DNA of 53,995 nt from an uncultured Opitutaceae bacterium (GTDB taxonomy: Bacteria; Verrucomicrobiota; Verrucomicrobiia; Opitutales; Opitutaceae). Shown piece after piece: positions 19,789-29,285 of this stretch (the first letter of the stretch is position 1; each line of letters starts with the position of its first letter). The notes below the pieces were generated by a model. It was not told the DNA's origin and ran no database searches. It worked only from the letters and a program-made list of their open reading frames with translations. The stretch is from NCBI GenBank assembly GCA_964517665.1, contig CAZFCY010000010.1, positions 1,237 to 55,231 of the forward strand, written 5' to 3'. The position numbers and the translations under genes were made by a program.

Positions 19789-21228
19789 ATGCGGGTCGAG
19801 AAACGCACCAAAGCCGCGTCGGGGTGGCCGGCGCCGAATGCCGTTGCGCCCCGGACGAGGACGCGGGCTCCGTCGTCCGAAGCGCTGCGCCGTTCCGAGA
19901 TCGAGGCGACGCTGCGCTGGCTGGACGCGCGCGACAAGGGCGCGATGGCCGCGGCCTCGCGCCGCACGCGCAGCGCGCTCGCGCGGCGTTTCGACCGGTT
20001 GAATGCGCCGATCGTCTATCCGTGGTCGCCTTCGATGAGCGGATCGCATCCGGCGCACCGGCTTCATCGCGCCGCGGCGACCTTGTTGCGCGTGCGGTCT
20101 CCGGGCGCGCTCGGGAAGCTCTGGCTCCATGCCAAGGCGGTCGTCTGGCCCGCGATGGCGGTGGCCGCGGCCGCGCCGGTGGTCCTCCGTTGCTGGAAGC
20201 ACGTGCGCGACCGCCATGGGCTCGGCCTGCGCGAGCAGTGGCGTGACGTCATCGACGCGGCGCTCAACCACGGCATCTTTCCCACGGAGTATTATTACCG
20301 GCGCGTCTATGCGACGGCCGCGCGCGAGGACAAGTCGCTTTATATCAACGAGCGCGAAATGATCGCGCTGCTCTCGGGCGCCGATCGCGGCTCGGGTTCG
20401 CCGCGGGTGGACGATCTCGAGCGTCTCTATATGGAGTGCCGCAAGGCCGGCATCCTCGTGCCGCGCAACGTCGCCTTCTTCGCGAGAGGCTCGATCGAGA
20501 TCGTCGGCGGCTCGGGCGGCCTGCTGCTGCCGGAGAAGGATCTTTTCGTCCGGCCAAAGACGTGGACGGCGGAGGCGCCGGGCGAGTATTGGCGCTGGAT
20601 GCCGAAGACGCGCGCCTGGAATTTCGACGGCGAGGCGCTGGCCGCCGCCGCGCTTCTGAAACGCGTTCGCCTGCGCTGCCTGGCTCATCCGTGCGTGCTG
20701 CAAGAGGCGGTGGTCAACCATCCCGAGGTCGCGCGTTTTTCCCAGGGCGGGCTCTGTAGTTACAAGGTGGCCACCGGGATCGACCGGGAGGGGAATCCGC
20801 ATGTGCTCTTTGCCTCTTTTCGCTTTCCGGGGGCGGATCTTTCAGGCGAGTCGCCCGTCTCCGTCGATCTCGCGTCCGGTGTCGATATAACGAACGGCCG
20901 GCTGCTTCCAGCGGTCGGCGAGTTCGTGACGGATGGCGAGTTCGACAACCACCCCGCGACCGGCGCGATCATCACCGGCGCCGCCGCCCCGCGCTGGCGG
21001 GAGGTCGCCGCGCTCGCGCTCGAGGCGCACCGGTTGTTTGCGGACGTTCCTTTTGTCGGTTGGGAGATCGGCGTGGGGGCAAGCGGGCCGATCCTGCTCG
21101 ATGCGAGCAGCAACTGGGGCTTTTTCCCGCACGTGCTGCCGGCGGAGACGAAGTTCGCGTCGTTCTGCCTCCAGCACCTCATGCGGAGGCGCGGGGAGGA
21201 TCTCCACGTCGCGGTTCTCCCGGCGTGA
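19789..21228 (+). CDS. sugar-transfer-associated ATP-grasp-like protein (divergent active site)
   Basis: PTEYYY, VLQEAVVNHP, GVDITNGRL, HPATGAIITG..PRW, ALEAHRLF..PFVGWE resemble the ATPgrasp_ST family. Confidence 0.75.
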   Translation: MRVEKRTKAASGWPAPNAVAPRTRTRAPSSEALRRSEIEATLRWLDARDKGAMAAASRRTRSALARRFDRLNAPIVYPWSPSMSGSHPAHRLHRAAATLLRVRSPGALGKLWLHAKAVVWPAMAVAAAAPVVLRCWKHVRDRHGLGLREQWRDVIDAALNHGIFPTEYYYRRVYATAAREDKSLYINEREMIALLSGADRGSGSPRVDDLERLYMECRKAGILVPRNVAFFARGSIEIVGGSGGLLLPEKDLFVRPKTWTAEAPGEYWRWMPKTRAWNFDGEALAAAALLKRVRLRCLAHPCVLQEAVVNHPEVARFSQGGLCSYKVATGIDREGNPHVLFASFRFPGADLSGESPVSVDLASGVDITNGRLLPAVGEFVTDGEFDNHPATGAIITGAAAPRWREVAALALEAHRLFADVPFVGWEIGVGASGPILLDASSNWGFFPHVLPAETKFASFCLQHLMRRRGEDLHVAVLPA

Positions 21229-21308
21229 GCCGGAGCGTTCCTCGAAGCGCCTCTTCCGCGTGAGCGGCGCTTCATCTGCGGCGGCTCCATGCCGAATGAA
21301 GCATGCGT

Positions 21309-21719
21309 ATGGATCCCGTGGATACAGGAGGTTTGTTTTCCTTCGCCCTCAGCTTCGGGCTCGGCGCGATTACGACGATCACCGCGGTCCCGATGTCGAT
21401 CGTGTTTACGATCGCGGCGTTTCTCGGCATTCGCCGCGCAAAGGTCGATGCCTACGTGGTCGGCGCGCTCGACCGGTATCTGGCGGACGAGGCGAGGACG
21501 TTGCGCAAGCGTTCCGGCCGGCCGGTTTTGGATTTCCGCACTTCCGACTCGATCAACGCCGCGATGGTCGGTCTCGGCCTCGGCCGCGTGAAGATTTATC
21601 GCACCATCCTGAAGTCGATGCGCGATGGCTACCGCGTCCGCCTGCGCGCCTACGCGGAGGGCGCGCGCGGTCGCGTGATCGTGCGCCTGCTCGACGTCGA
21701 TCTGCGCGGGAAACGCTGA
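21309..21719 (+). CDS. hypothetical membrane protein
   Basis: N-terminal hydrophobic segment; GC-rich third positions. Confidence 0.6.
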   Translation: MDPVDTGGLFSFALSFGLGAITTITAVPMSIVFTIAAFLGIRRAKVDAYVVGALDRYLADEARTLRKRSGRPVLDFRTSDSINAAMVGLGLGRVKIYRTILKSMRDGYRVRLRAYAEGARGRVIVRLLDVDLRGKR

Positions 21720-21722
21720 GGA

Positions 21723-21763
21723 TCAGGAGGCAGGGACAGGGGACAGGAGTCAGGTGTCAGATT
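21723..21763 (+). repeat. degenerate heptamer tandem repeat (NCAGGRG)
   Basis: TCAGGAG GCAGGG ACAGGGG ACAGGAG TCAGGTG TCAGATT. Confidence 0.7.
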
Positions 21764-21828
21764 TCCGTCCCCGCCGGAGCCCGGGCTACGGGTTTGCACG
21801 GCGGATCGGGAGCGGCCAGGGTTGGCGG

Positions 21829-22839
21829 GTGCATCTGGTGATCGGCATTGATGGCGGCGGCTCGCGTTCTCGCGCATGGCTTGCGCAGGTGAATGGGACG
21901 GTTCTCGGCCGCGGCTCCGCGGGCGGCTCCAACGTTTACCAGCTCGGTGTCGAGGAGGCTTCGCGCGTGCTCGTCGAGGCGGCGACCGGGGCCTGGCGCG
22001 ACGCCGGTCTTTCGGGTGAGGTCCACGACATCGCCGCGGTTTTTGCCGGCGTGGCCGGAGCGGGCGCGACCGCGGACCAGGGGGAACTCGGCGGGCTGCT
22101 CGCGCGGAAACTTTCGACGCCCGCGGCCGCGTGCCAGGTGGATCACGATTTGCGCGTGGCGCACGCGGGGGCGCTGGCGGGCGCGCCCGGCGCGGTGCTG
22201 GTGGCGGGGACTGGTTCCGCCTGTTACGGGCGCACCTTCAACCGGCAGTCGGCGAAGTCGGGCGGGTGGGGACCGATTCTCGATGACGGAGGCAGCGGCT
22301 ACTGGCTCGGGATTCAGGCGATGCGCGCGATCGTCCGCGCGACGGATGGCCGCGGGAAACAGGTGTCGTTTACCGACGCGATCTTCGCGCAACTCGGAGT
22401 GAAGACGCCGCGCGAGATGCTCAACCGCCTGCGCGATCGCCCTCCCGGCGGATTCGACCGTCCCGCGATCGCGCGGCTGGCGCCGATCGTGATCACGGCG
22501 GCCGTTTGCGAGGATGTCGTGGCGGAGGAGATTGTGGAGGCCGGCGCCCAGGAACTGGCGATCATGGTCGAGAGCGTGCTCAGCCGGCTCGGGCTGGACG
22601 CTCATCCAGTCGGCCGGATCGCGTGCGCCGGCGGTTTGCTCGAGCATCAGGATTTTTATCTCGAGCGGGTGGACGAGGCCATCCGGCGCCTGATTCCGGA
22701 CATGCATCTGGAGAAACCCGGCCTTCCTCCGGTGGCGGGCGCGGTGTTGCTCGCGCTGGAGATGACGGGCCGGCCCGCGGGCTCGGGAGTGGTTTCGCGC
22801 CTGCTCCACGGCATGGAAGGAACCGACGCGCTCAAATAG
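21829..22839 (+). CDS. BadF/BadG/BcrA/BcrD-family N-acetylglucosamine/sugar kinase
   Basis: IGIDGGGS, VAGTGS, GGWGPILDDGGSGYWLG, IARLAP. Confidence 0.9.
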   Translation: MHLVIGIDGGGSRSRAWLAQVNGTVLGRGSAGGSNVYQLGVEEASRVLVEAATGAWRDAGLSGEVHDIAAVFAGVAGAGATADQGELGGLLARKLSTPAAACQVDHDLRVAHAGALAGAPGAVLVAGTGSACYGRTFNRQSAKSGGWGPILDDGGSGYWLGIQAMRAIVRATDGRGKQVSFTDAIFAQLGVKTPREMLNRLRDRPPGGFDRPAIARLAPIVITAAVCEDVVAEEIVEAGAQELAIMVESVLSRLGLDAHPVGRIACAGGLLEHQDFYLERVDEAIRRLIPDMHLEKPGLPPVAGAVLLALEMTGRPAGSGVVSRLLHGMEGTDALK

Positions 22840-22891
22840 AAAGGCCGCCTGTCGCGCGCGGACGGCCCGCGCGGATGCCTCTGGATTCGCC

Positions 22892-23827
22892 TTACGGCGC
22901 GGGGCTTTCGGCCGCGGCCTCGGGCGTCATGGGCTTGGCGCGGACGCTGGCCTGTTTGGCGACGGGTGAGATGTCCGCGCCGGTCAGGTTTTCGGTGACT
23001 TCGAACTTCGGCTCCCGGGTTTGATTGCCGGGAAGGCCCTCCTGGGCGACGACGAGACGCTTCTCGAGTTTGTCGAGATCGGTGAAGAGCCGCTCCTCCA
23101 TCTTCTTGCGCTCGGAACTGCCGACGATGCTGAGCGTGGAGACATCCTGCACCACGCGCACGGGCAGCGTGAGGATGCGGGAGAGGACGCCCTCGTCCTT
23201 CAGCGAACTGAGGTAAAGCGCCGACATTTCCTGCGAGAGCCGGAATGAATCCTGGGCGATCGAGGAGGTCTGGATGAGGGAGTTGTTGAGCCGCTGCTTC
23301 TCGGCCAGCTCGTCTTTCAAGACACCGTCGATCAAACCGGTGATCTGGCTGGAATAAAACTCGACGTCCGAACGGGTGAGGTTTCCGGTCCGCGCGATGT
23401 CCGAAAGGATCGGGTTGAGGCGGTCGGAAACGCGCGTGGACATCGCGTCGTATCCGCGGTCCTGCTCGTCGGCGGTGGGGATGACGTTGTTGAGGCGGCT
23501 CATGACGGCATCGGCGAGGGCGTCGATCTTGTCGGCCTCGATCACGCGCGTCTCGCCATCGGCGATGAAGAGGTCGCCGCCGCGGGCGGCGATGGCGGCA
23601 TCGAGGGCCTTGTTCGTCTCGTCCACGCGGGCGAGAATGCGTTCGGCGAACTTCTCCATCTGCTCCTGATAGGTGGAGCGAAGATCGACGATGTCGGTGC
23701 GTTGAGACTCGGTGATTTCGGTCAGGACGCGCTCCTTGAACCAGAAGGAGTATCCAACAAAAAAGAGTGCCACCAATACGGCGCTGATCAGGGCCACAGG
23801 GATGGCGGATTTTAGCGTGTTGCTCAT
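22892..23827 (-). CDS. hypothetical membrane-anchored helical/coiled-coil protein
   Basis: Single N-terminal TM segment; long helical body; coding-like codon use. Confidence 0.75.
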   Translation of the reverse strand: MSNTLKSAIPVALISAVLVALFFVGYSFWFKERVLTEITESQRTDIVDLRSTYQEQMEKFAERILARVDETNKALDAAIAARGGDLFIADGETRVIEADKIDALADAVMSRLNNVIPTADEQDRGYDAMSTRVSDRLNPILSDIARTGNLTRSDVEFYSSQITGLIDGVLKDELAEKQRLNNSLIQTSSIAQDSFRLSQEMSALYLSSLKDEGVLSRILTLPVRVVQDVSTLSIVGSSERKKMEERLFTDLDKLEKRLVVAQEGLPGNQTREPKFEVTENLTGADISPVAKQASVRAKPMTPEAAAESPAP

Positions 23828-23899
23828 GTTCGTGACGGGGCTATTAGGCGGGAAGTTCGGAGGGTGCGAGAAGGAATCGCGTGGACGCGAGGGAGACGC

Positions 23900-24418
23900 T
23901 CAGGGGCTGGCGGGTTCGCCCGGGGCCTCGGCCGATGAGGCGCCCTGGCCGGTGACGTCGCGATAGAGCGCTTCCGCCCGTGCCATGAGCGCGTGCAACT
24001 TGTCGCCGGCGGCCTTGGCGGCGTCGCCGGAGCCGTCCTTGAGTTTCCCGGCCTGCTCCTGGATTTCGGGCATGAGGAGCGCGAGTTCGTCCATCCTCGC
24101 CTTGGCGTTGTCTCCGAGATTCGCGGTCGAGGTCTTCGCGGAATCCAGCAGGTCGCCGACTCTGGCGCGGAGGTCGGTGGACTTTTCCGAGAGTGTGTCG
24201 GCCCAGGAGGCGGCCGTCTTCTTCGCGTCGGCCATGGCCGCGGCGCCGGCTTGTTTCACATCGGTCGCGGCCTGTCCGGCGCGCTCCTTCAGCGTGGTCC
24301 CGCTGCTCGCGGCGGCGCCGTTTGCGTCGTCGGAATCAGCGGGATTCTGCGTGCAACCTGCAACAGCGAAGAGCGCCGCGGCAGCCGCGATCGAGAGGGT
24401 GATGCGGGAGGATTTCAT
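23900..24418 (-). CDS. hypothetical lipoprotein (Ala/Lys/Asp-rich amphipathic helices)
   Basis: Lipobox VAG-C after a signal peptide. Confidence 0.75.
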   Translation of the reverse strand: MKSSRITLSIAAAAALFAVAGCTQNPADSDDANGAAASSGTTLKERAGQAATDVKQAGAAAMADAKKTAASWADTLSEKSTDLRARVGDLLDSAKTSTANLGDNAKARMDELALLMPEIQEQAGKLKDGSGDAAKAAGDKLHALMARAEALYRDVTGQGASSAEAPGEPASP

Positions 24419-24586
24419 CGGGTTCCTGACGAGGGTGAGACTTGGCGCGCGCCCGGGGGTTCCAGCATGCCGCCGGGGCCAGGATGCGCGGGCGCCGGGC
24501 AGAGGGTGGGCAGCACGGCGCGCGATGATGGGAAAGGCAGGGAAAAAAGCGAGCGTCGCGACACGCCGTTTGCCGGACCGGCCTGG

Positions 24587-26095
24587 TCAGCCTGCCGCCG
24601 CGGCGAAGCCGGTTTCGAGCGCGTCGATGATCGCTTCGACCGGTTCCGTGCCGATGGAGAAGCGCAGCAGCTCGGCCGGCAGTTTCGCCTCGGCGAGAGT
24701 GCGGCGCCCGCTCTCGCTCGAGACGAGGTCGTAGTGCGCCAGATAGACGAACGGGCTCAGCAGGCTCGCGCGCATGCCGAAGCTCGGTCCTTTCGCGATC
24801 GGCGTCGCGTCGTAGAAGCGCTCCATCGAGCCCTCGACGACGAACGAGATGATCGGGCCGATCCGATCCGGCGCGCGCGCCAGCCGCAGGTAGTTTTCCC
24901 GCGAGCCGTCCTGAAGGCTCCAATACAGCCGCCGCAAACCACCCTTCCGGCGCCGCAGGTAATCCACGATCCGGCGCGCGCTTTCGTTCAACTTCGGCAG
25001 CAGCTCGTCGAACCCGCGCAGTTCGAAGGCGAGCCGCGCGAGGTCGCGGGGATGGACCGGCTCCAGCTCGGCCGCGATCGCCGTTTGCAGTGTTTGTCTT
25101 TCCGGGCACTGCGGTGTCACGACCACCGCGCCCGCGATCACATCGCCCTCGCTCGCCACGTATTTCGTCAGGCTGTTGAGCACGATGTCGGCGTGCGGCG
25201 CGACATCGACATTGTAGGCGGAGACGATCGACGGATCGACGATCATGCAGGCGCCGTGCGCCCGGGCCAGGCCGGCGAGCCACGGCAGGTCGGCCGTGTG
25301 CATGAGCGGGTTGGTCGTCACCTCGGTGACGACGCCGGCGAGGCGCGAGCCCTGTTCGCGAAACACGGCCTCGATCGCGGCCTTGTCGGTCACGTCGAAC
25401 ACATGCACGTGGCGCTCGTGCGTGAATTTCGCGAGGATCGCCGCGGTGTCGAGATAGAGCCAGCCGACCTGCAGCCAGGTGTCGCGGCCCTTCTGTCGTT
25501 GAAGATCGGATACGGCGCGAAACGCCGCCCAGAAGGCGTTCATCCCGCTGGAGGCGAGCAGGATGTCCGCCGGGGTGGCGGGCGCGAAGAGTTCGGCCAG
25601 TTTCGATTTGAGGATGGCCGGGGCGTCGCCGGGCTCGGTTTGCTCGAATTCCGTATGCTCGAAGATGCCGTGGCGCGCCGCGTAATCCTGCGCCGCGCGC
25701 GAGGAAAGGAAACCGCCGGTGTGCTGAAGGTAGGCCTTGGCCCGCGCGCGCAGCTCCGGCGTGTCGTCGTGGGCGACGCCGTTCACGCCATCGTGCTCGA
25801 GCACGCGCGCCGTGGCGGGCGCGAGAAGCGCGGCCACGGCCTCCGCCATGCGCCGGGAACTCGTCACCCACAACGCCTCGCCGGCGAGGCCGAAGCGCTT
25901 GCGCCACGCCGCCTCGACCGCGCCGAGCAGCGGATGCACGACGAATCGCGGATATCCCGAGGTCATGCACGCGACCGTCGCCGCCTCCTTTTCCTCGTAG
26001 CCGATCACATCGCGCATGGTCGGGAGACTGCACGAGACCGCGTGCAGGCGGTCGGGGATGCGCGTGCCGAGAGGGAGGTTGGGAAAGGAACTCAT
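24587..26095 (-). CDS. PLP-dependent cystathionine gamma-synthase-like enzyme (Cys/Met metabolism, Str2-type)
   Basis: HAVSCSLPT..VIGYEE..GYPRF, SSGMNA, EVTTNPL, SLTKY (PLP Lys), KGPSFG, LLRFSIGTE. Confidence 0.88.
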   Translation of the reverse strand: MSSFPNLPLGTRIPDRLHAVSCSLPTMRDVIGYEEKEAATVACMTSGYPRFVVHPLLGAVEAAWRKRFGLAGEALWVTSSRRMAEAVAALLAPATARVLEHDGVNGVAHDDTPELRARAKAYLQHTGGFLSSRAAQDYAARHGIFEHTEFEQTEPGDAPAILKSKLAELFAPATPADILLASSGMNAFWAAFRAVSDLQRQKGRDTWLQVGWLYLDTAAILAKFTHERHVHVFDVTDKAAIEAVFREQGSRLAGVVTEVTTNPLMHTADLPWLAGLARAHGACMIVDPSIVSAYNVDVAPHADIVLNSLTKYVASEGDVIAGAVVVTPQCPERQTLQTAIAAELEPVHPRDLARLAFELRGFDELLPKLNESARRIVDYLRRRKGGLRRLYWSLQDGSRENYLRLARAPDRIGPIISFVVEGSMERFYDATPIAKGPSFGMRASLLSPFVYLAHYDLVSSESGRRTLAEAKLPAELLRFSIGTEPVEAIIDALETGFAAAAG

Positions 26096-26180
26096 CGTTG
26101 GAAGCCCGTGCAGGATGCGCCGCGCCGCTTCGAGATCAATCCGCGAGCGCGCGCCCTCGAGCCGGCGCGGGCGCGCCGGC

Positions 26181-27146
26181 CTACATGCCCAGCAGGTGGT
26201 TCAGCTCGATGTCGCCGGAGTCGGGCAGCGCCTCGTGTCCGTAGTCGGGATAGACGATCATCCTCTTTGGCGCCGTGATCTTGTTGTAGGCGGCGAACTG
26301 CGAGGACGGCGGGCAGATCGCATCCATCAGGCCGGTGAGAAAAAGCACGTCGGCCCGGATGCGCGGGGCCAGAAACTGGCAGTCGATGTAGCCGAGCCTG
26401 GTGAAGATCTCCTCCTCGCGGCCGTGGCGCGGATCGCGCAGGCGGAAGAAGTATCGAAGCTCTTCATACGCGTCCTTCGCGAGGTCCATTTCCCACACGC
26501 GCTGGTAGTCGCAGAGGAAGGGAAAGCCCGCCACCGCGCGCTTGATCTCCGGAACGAGCGCGGCGCAGGCCAGCGTGAGCGCGCCGCCCTGCGAGCCGCC
26601 CATGGCGCCGACGCGGGTCGCGTCCACCTCGTCCAGCTCCATCACGACGCGCGCGAGCTGCGCTGTATCCAGAAAAATGTTACGAAACGCCAGCTTGTGC
26701 GGATCGGGGTCGTCGAGGCCGCGGACGATGTGGCCGCGCAGCGTCGTCCCCTTCACTCCGCCCGGATCCTCGGATCGTCCGCCCTGGCCGCGGCAGTCCA
26801 TCGCGGCGACGCAGAATCCTTCGCTCGCGAACGCGAGCCTGCTCCGCCAGTCGCCGGAATTCGCCGAGTAACCGTGAAACTGCAGCACGGCCGGGCGCTT
26901 CCCGGATGCGCCGCGCGGCCGCACGTATTTCGCATAGACGCGCGCGCCGCCCACGCCCGTGAACCAGAGGTCGAAACACTCCGCGTTGCGCGCCTTCAGC
27001 GTGTCGTTGGGGATGAACTCCGGCTCCGGATCCGTCGCGGCGAGGTCCGCGAGCGCGCGCGCCCAGTAGGCGTCGAAATCCGCCGGCCGCGGGTTGCGGC
27101 CTCCGTAGGTTTCCAGGAGCGCGATCGGGAGATCGATGACGGGCAT
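26181..27146 (-). CDS. acetylxylan esterase / cephalosporin-C deacetylase (CE7)
   Basis: PADFDAYW, FHGY, DCRGQ, GGSQGG nucleophile, GLMDAICPPSSQFAAYN, YGHE. Confidence 0.95.
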   Translation of the reverse strand: MPVIDLPIALLETYGGRNPRPADFDAYWARALADLAATDPEPEFIPNDTLKARNAECFDLWFTGVGGARVYAKYVRPRGASGKRPAVLQFHGYSANSGDWRSRLAFASEGFCVAAMDCRGQGGRSEDPGGVKGTTLRGHIVRGLDDPDPHKLAFRNIFLDTAQLARVVMELDEVDATRVGAMGGSQGGALTLACAALVPEIKRAVAGFPFLCDYQRVWEMDLAKDAYEELRYFFRLRDPRHGREEEIFTRLGYIDCQFLAPRIRADVLFLTGLMDAICPPSSQFAAYNKITAPKRMIVYPDYGHEALPDSGDIELNHLLGM

Positions 27147-27240
27147 GGCGCGTGAGTAGGCGATTCGTTTGCCCGGGGCACGGAAAAAACGGCGCGGCCA
27201 ATCCGCTTGGCGCGTGGGCCGATCCGGGCAGGCTGTGCGC

Positions 27241-29193
27241 GTGCCAGTCCATCTTCCGCACATCCTACCACCACCGAGGCGGATGCAGAAACTCGACGGA
27301 GTCTTCGATCTCGCGACCTGCCCGGCGATCCGCATCGACCCGAAGGCGCGCGATGGCGTGCCGGAGTTTGCGCGCGCGCTCGCCCGCAAGCTCGCCTCGC
27401 CCGAAGGCCTCGTGCCGGAGGTGACGCGCACCTCGCGCGCGCGGCTCGGCGAGTTGTCGCTGCAACTGAAGCCGATGCGCTCGCCCGAGCACTACCGGCT
27501 CGAAATCAAACCCGGCGCCGTCGTGCTCGCCGGCGGCGGGCCGGCCGGTTTGTTTTACGCGTCGCAAACGCTGCTGCAGATCGCGGCCCAGGCGGACAAC
27601 GGCCGCATCCCCGCGCTTCGCATCGATGACGGGCCGGACTATCGCGCGCGCGGTTTTTATCACGACGTGAGCCGCGGCAAGGTGCCGACGCGCGACACGC
27701 TGCGCGCGCTCGTCGAGCGGCTCGCGCACTACAAGATCAACCAGCTTCAACTCTATATCGAGCACACCTTCGCCTTCGCGGCGCACCCGGACATCTGGGC
27801 GGGTTCCGACCCGCTGACGGCTGACGACATCCGCGCCGTCGATGCGCACGCCGCGCGGCATCACATCGAGCTGGTTCCCTCGTTGAGCACGTTCGGGCAT
27901 TTCTACACGGCGCTGACCAGCCCGCGGAAGCACCAGCTCAACGAATTCCCGATCGACGCCTCGCAACTGCCGTTTTCGTGGTGGGATCGCATGGGGCACT
28001 ACACGCTCGATTGCCGCAACCCCGCGTCGCTCGAGCTGGCGCGCGGGATGATCCTCGAATTGCGGCCGCTTTTTCGCTCGCAGTTGTTCAACATCTGTTG
28101 CGACGAGACCTTCGACCTCGGCAAGGGCCGCAACGCGCCGCTCGCGCAACAACAGGGCAGCGGCCGCCTCTATATCGATTTCCTCGCGAAGCTCGCGCGC
28201 GTCGTGCGCGAGGTCGGCTGCACGCCGATGTTCTGGGGCGACATCGTGGGCAACCATCCGGAACTCGTGGGCGAGGCGCCGCCTGAATCCATCGCGCTCG
28301 ACTGGGATTATTCGGCCTCGCTGAAGGACACGAAGGCCGCGCTGTTTCGCCGCGCCGGGATTCCGTTTTACGTCTGCCCCGGCGTGTGCGGCTGGGATCG
28401 CTGGACGCACGATCTCGACACCGCGACGACGAACATCGTGAGCCTCGCCCGGCACGGACGCCGCCATGGCGCGATAGGCCTGCTCAACACCGACTGGGGC
28501 GATCGCGGGCACATCAACGCGCTCGGCAACAGCATGCACGGGATCGCGCTCGGAGCCGCCGCGGCCTGGAACACCGAGGCGACGGAAGCGGCGTCGTTCG
28601 ACGCGGCGTTCGCGCGTATCCATTGGGCGGATACAAGCGGCCGCGCCGTCGCGCTCATGCGCGAGGCGGGCCGGCTCGGGGTGGTCTCGTGGCGGTCGCT
28701 TACGCTTTGGATCGACCCCACGCCGCACCGGCCGGCGGATTGGTGGGACGCGGAAACGGGTGTGCCGGTGGAGCTGCTCGCGGTCGATCCGCGGCGCGCG
28801 TTCGCCGCGGCCACAAGGCTCGAGCGCGTCGCCGGCCAGTTTCAGAAACTGACCGATCGCAGCCGGCCGCCGGACGATCTTGCGCGGCGCGAATGGATCT
28901 TTGGCTGTCGCATGCAGGCGGCGATGAACCGCCTCGGTGGATGGATCGTCTGCCTGGCGAAAAAACGAAAGGCTGCGCGCCAGGCGCCGCCCGCGCTCGA
29001 CGTCGCCAACCACGTCCGCGTGATGGAGCGCGAGTTCTCCGAACTCTGGCACGCGCGCAACAAACCGTCCGAGTACTGGCGCTTGCGCGCCGCCTTGCTC
29101 GAGTTTGCCCGCCGGCTCGAACTCGCCGCCTTGCGTGGCGTGTGGGTCAAAACGCCGCGCCCGGCTCCGCCGCCGGCGGCCGATGTGAGCTGA
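27241..29193 (+). CDS. beta-N-acetylhexosaminidase (GH20)
   Basis: EHYRLEI, FYASQTLLQ, RGFYHDVSRGKVP, YIEHTF, FGH, CCDETFDLG, MFWGD, TDWGDRGH. Confidence 0.92.
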   Translation: MPVHLPHILPPPRRMQKLDGVFDLATCPAIRIDPKARDGVPEFARALARKLASPEGLVPEVTRTSRARLGELSLQLKPMRSPEHYRLEIKPGAVVLAGGGPAGLFYASQTLLQIAAQADNGRIPALRIDDGPDYRARGFYHDVSRGKVPTRDTLRALVERLAHYKINQLQLYIEHTFAFAAHPDIWAGSDPLTADDIRAVDAHAARHHIELVPSLSTFGHFYTALTSPRKHQLNEFPIDASQLPFSWWDRMGHYTLDCRNPASLELARGMILELRPLFRSQLFNICCDETFDLGKGRNAPLAQQQGSGRLYIDFLAKLARVVREVGCTPMFWGDIVGNHPELVGEAPPESIALDWDYSASLKDTKAALFRRAGIPFYVCPGVCGWDRWTHDLDTATTNIVSLARHGRRHGAIGLLNTDWGDRGHINALGNSMHGIALGAAAAWNTEATEAASFDAAFARIHWADTSGRAVALMREAGRLGVVSWRSLTLWIDPTPHRPADWWDAETGVPVELLAVDPRRAFAAATRLERVAGQFQKLTDRSRPPDDLARREWIFGCRMQAAMNRLGGWIVCLAKKRKAARQAPPALDVANHVRVMEREFSELWHARNKPSEYWRLRAALLEFARRLELAALRGVWVKTPRPAPPPAADVS

Positions 29194-29285
29194 GCGCTCC
29201 GCGTCCGGTTTCCGCCTCGAATCACGCGAGCGGTCTTGTGCCGCTGGGAACAACCCATCATCCTCGCGTTTCTCACTGCCCCGCC

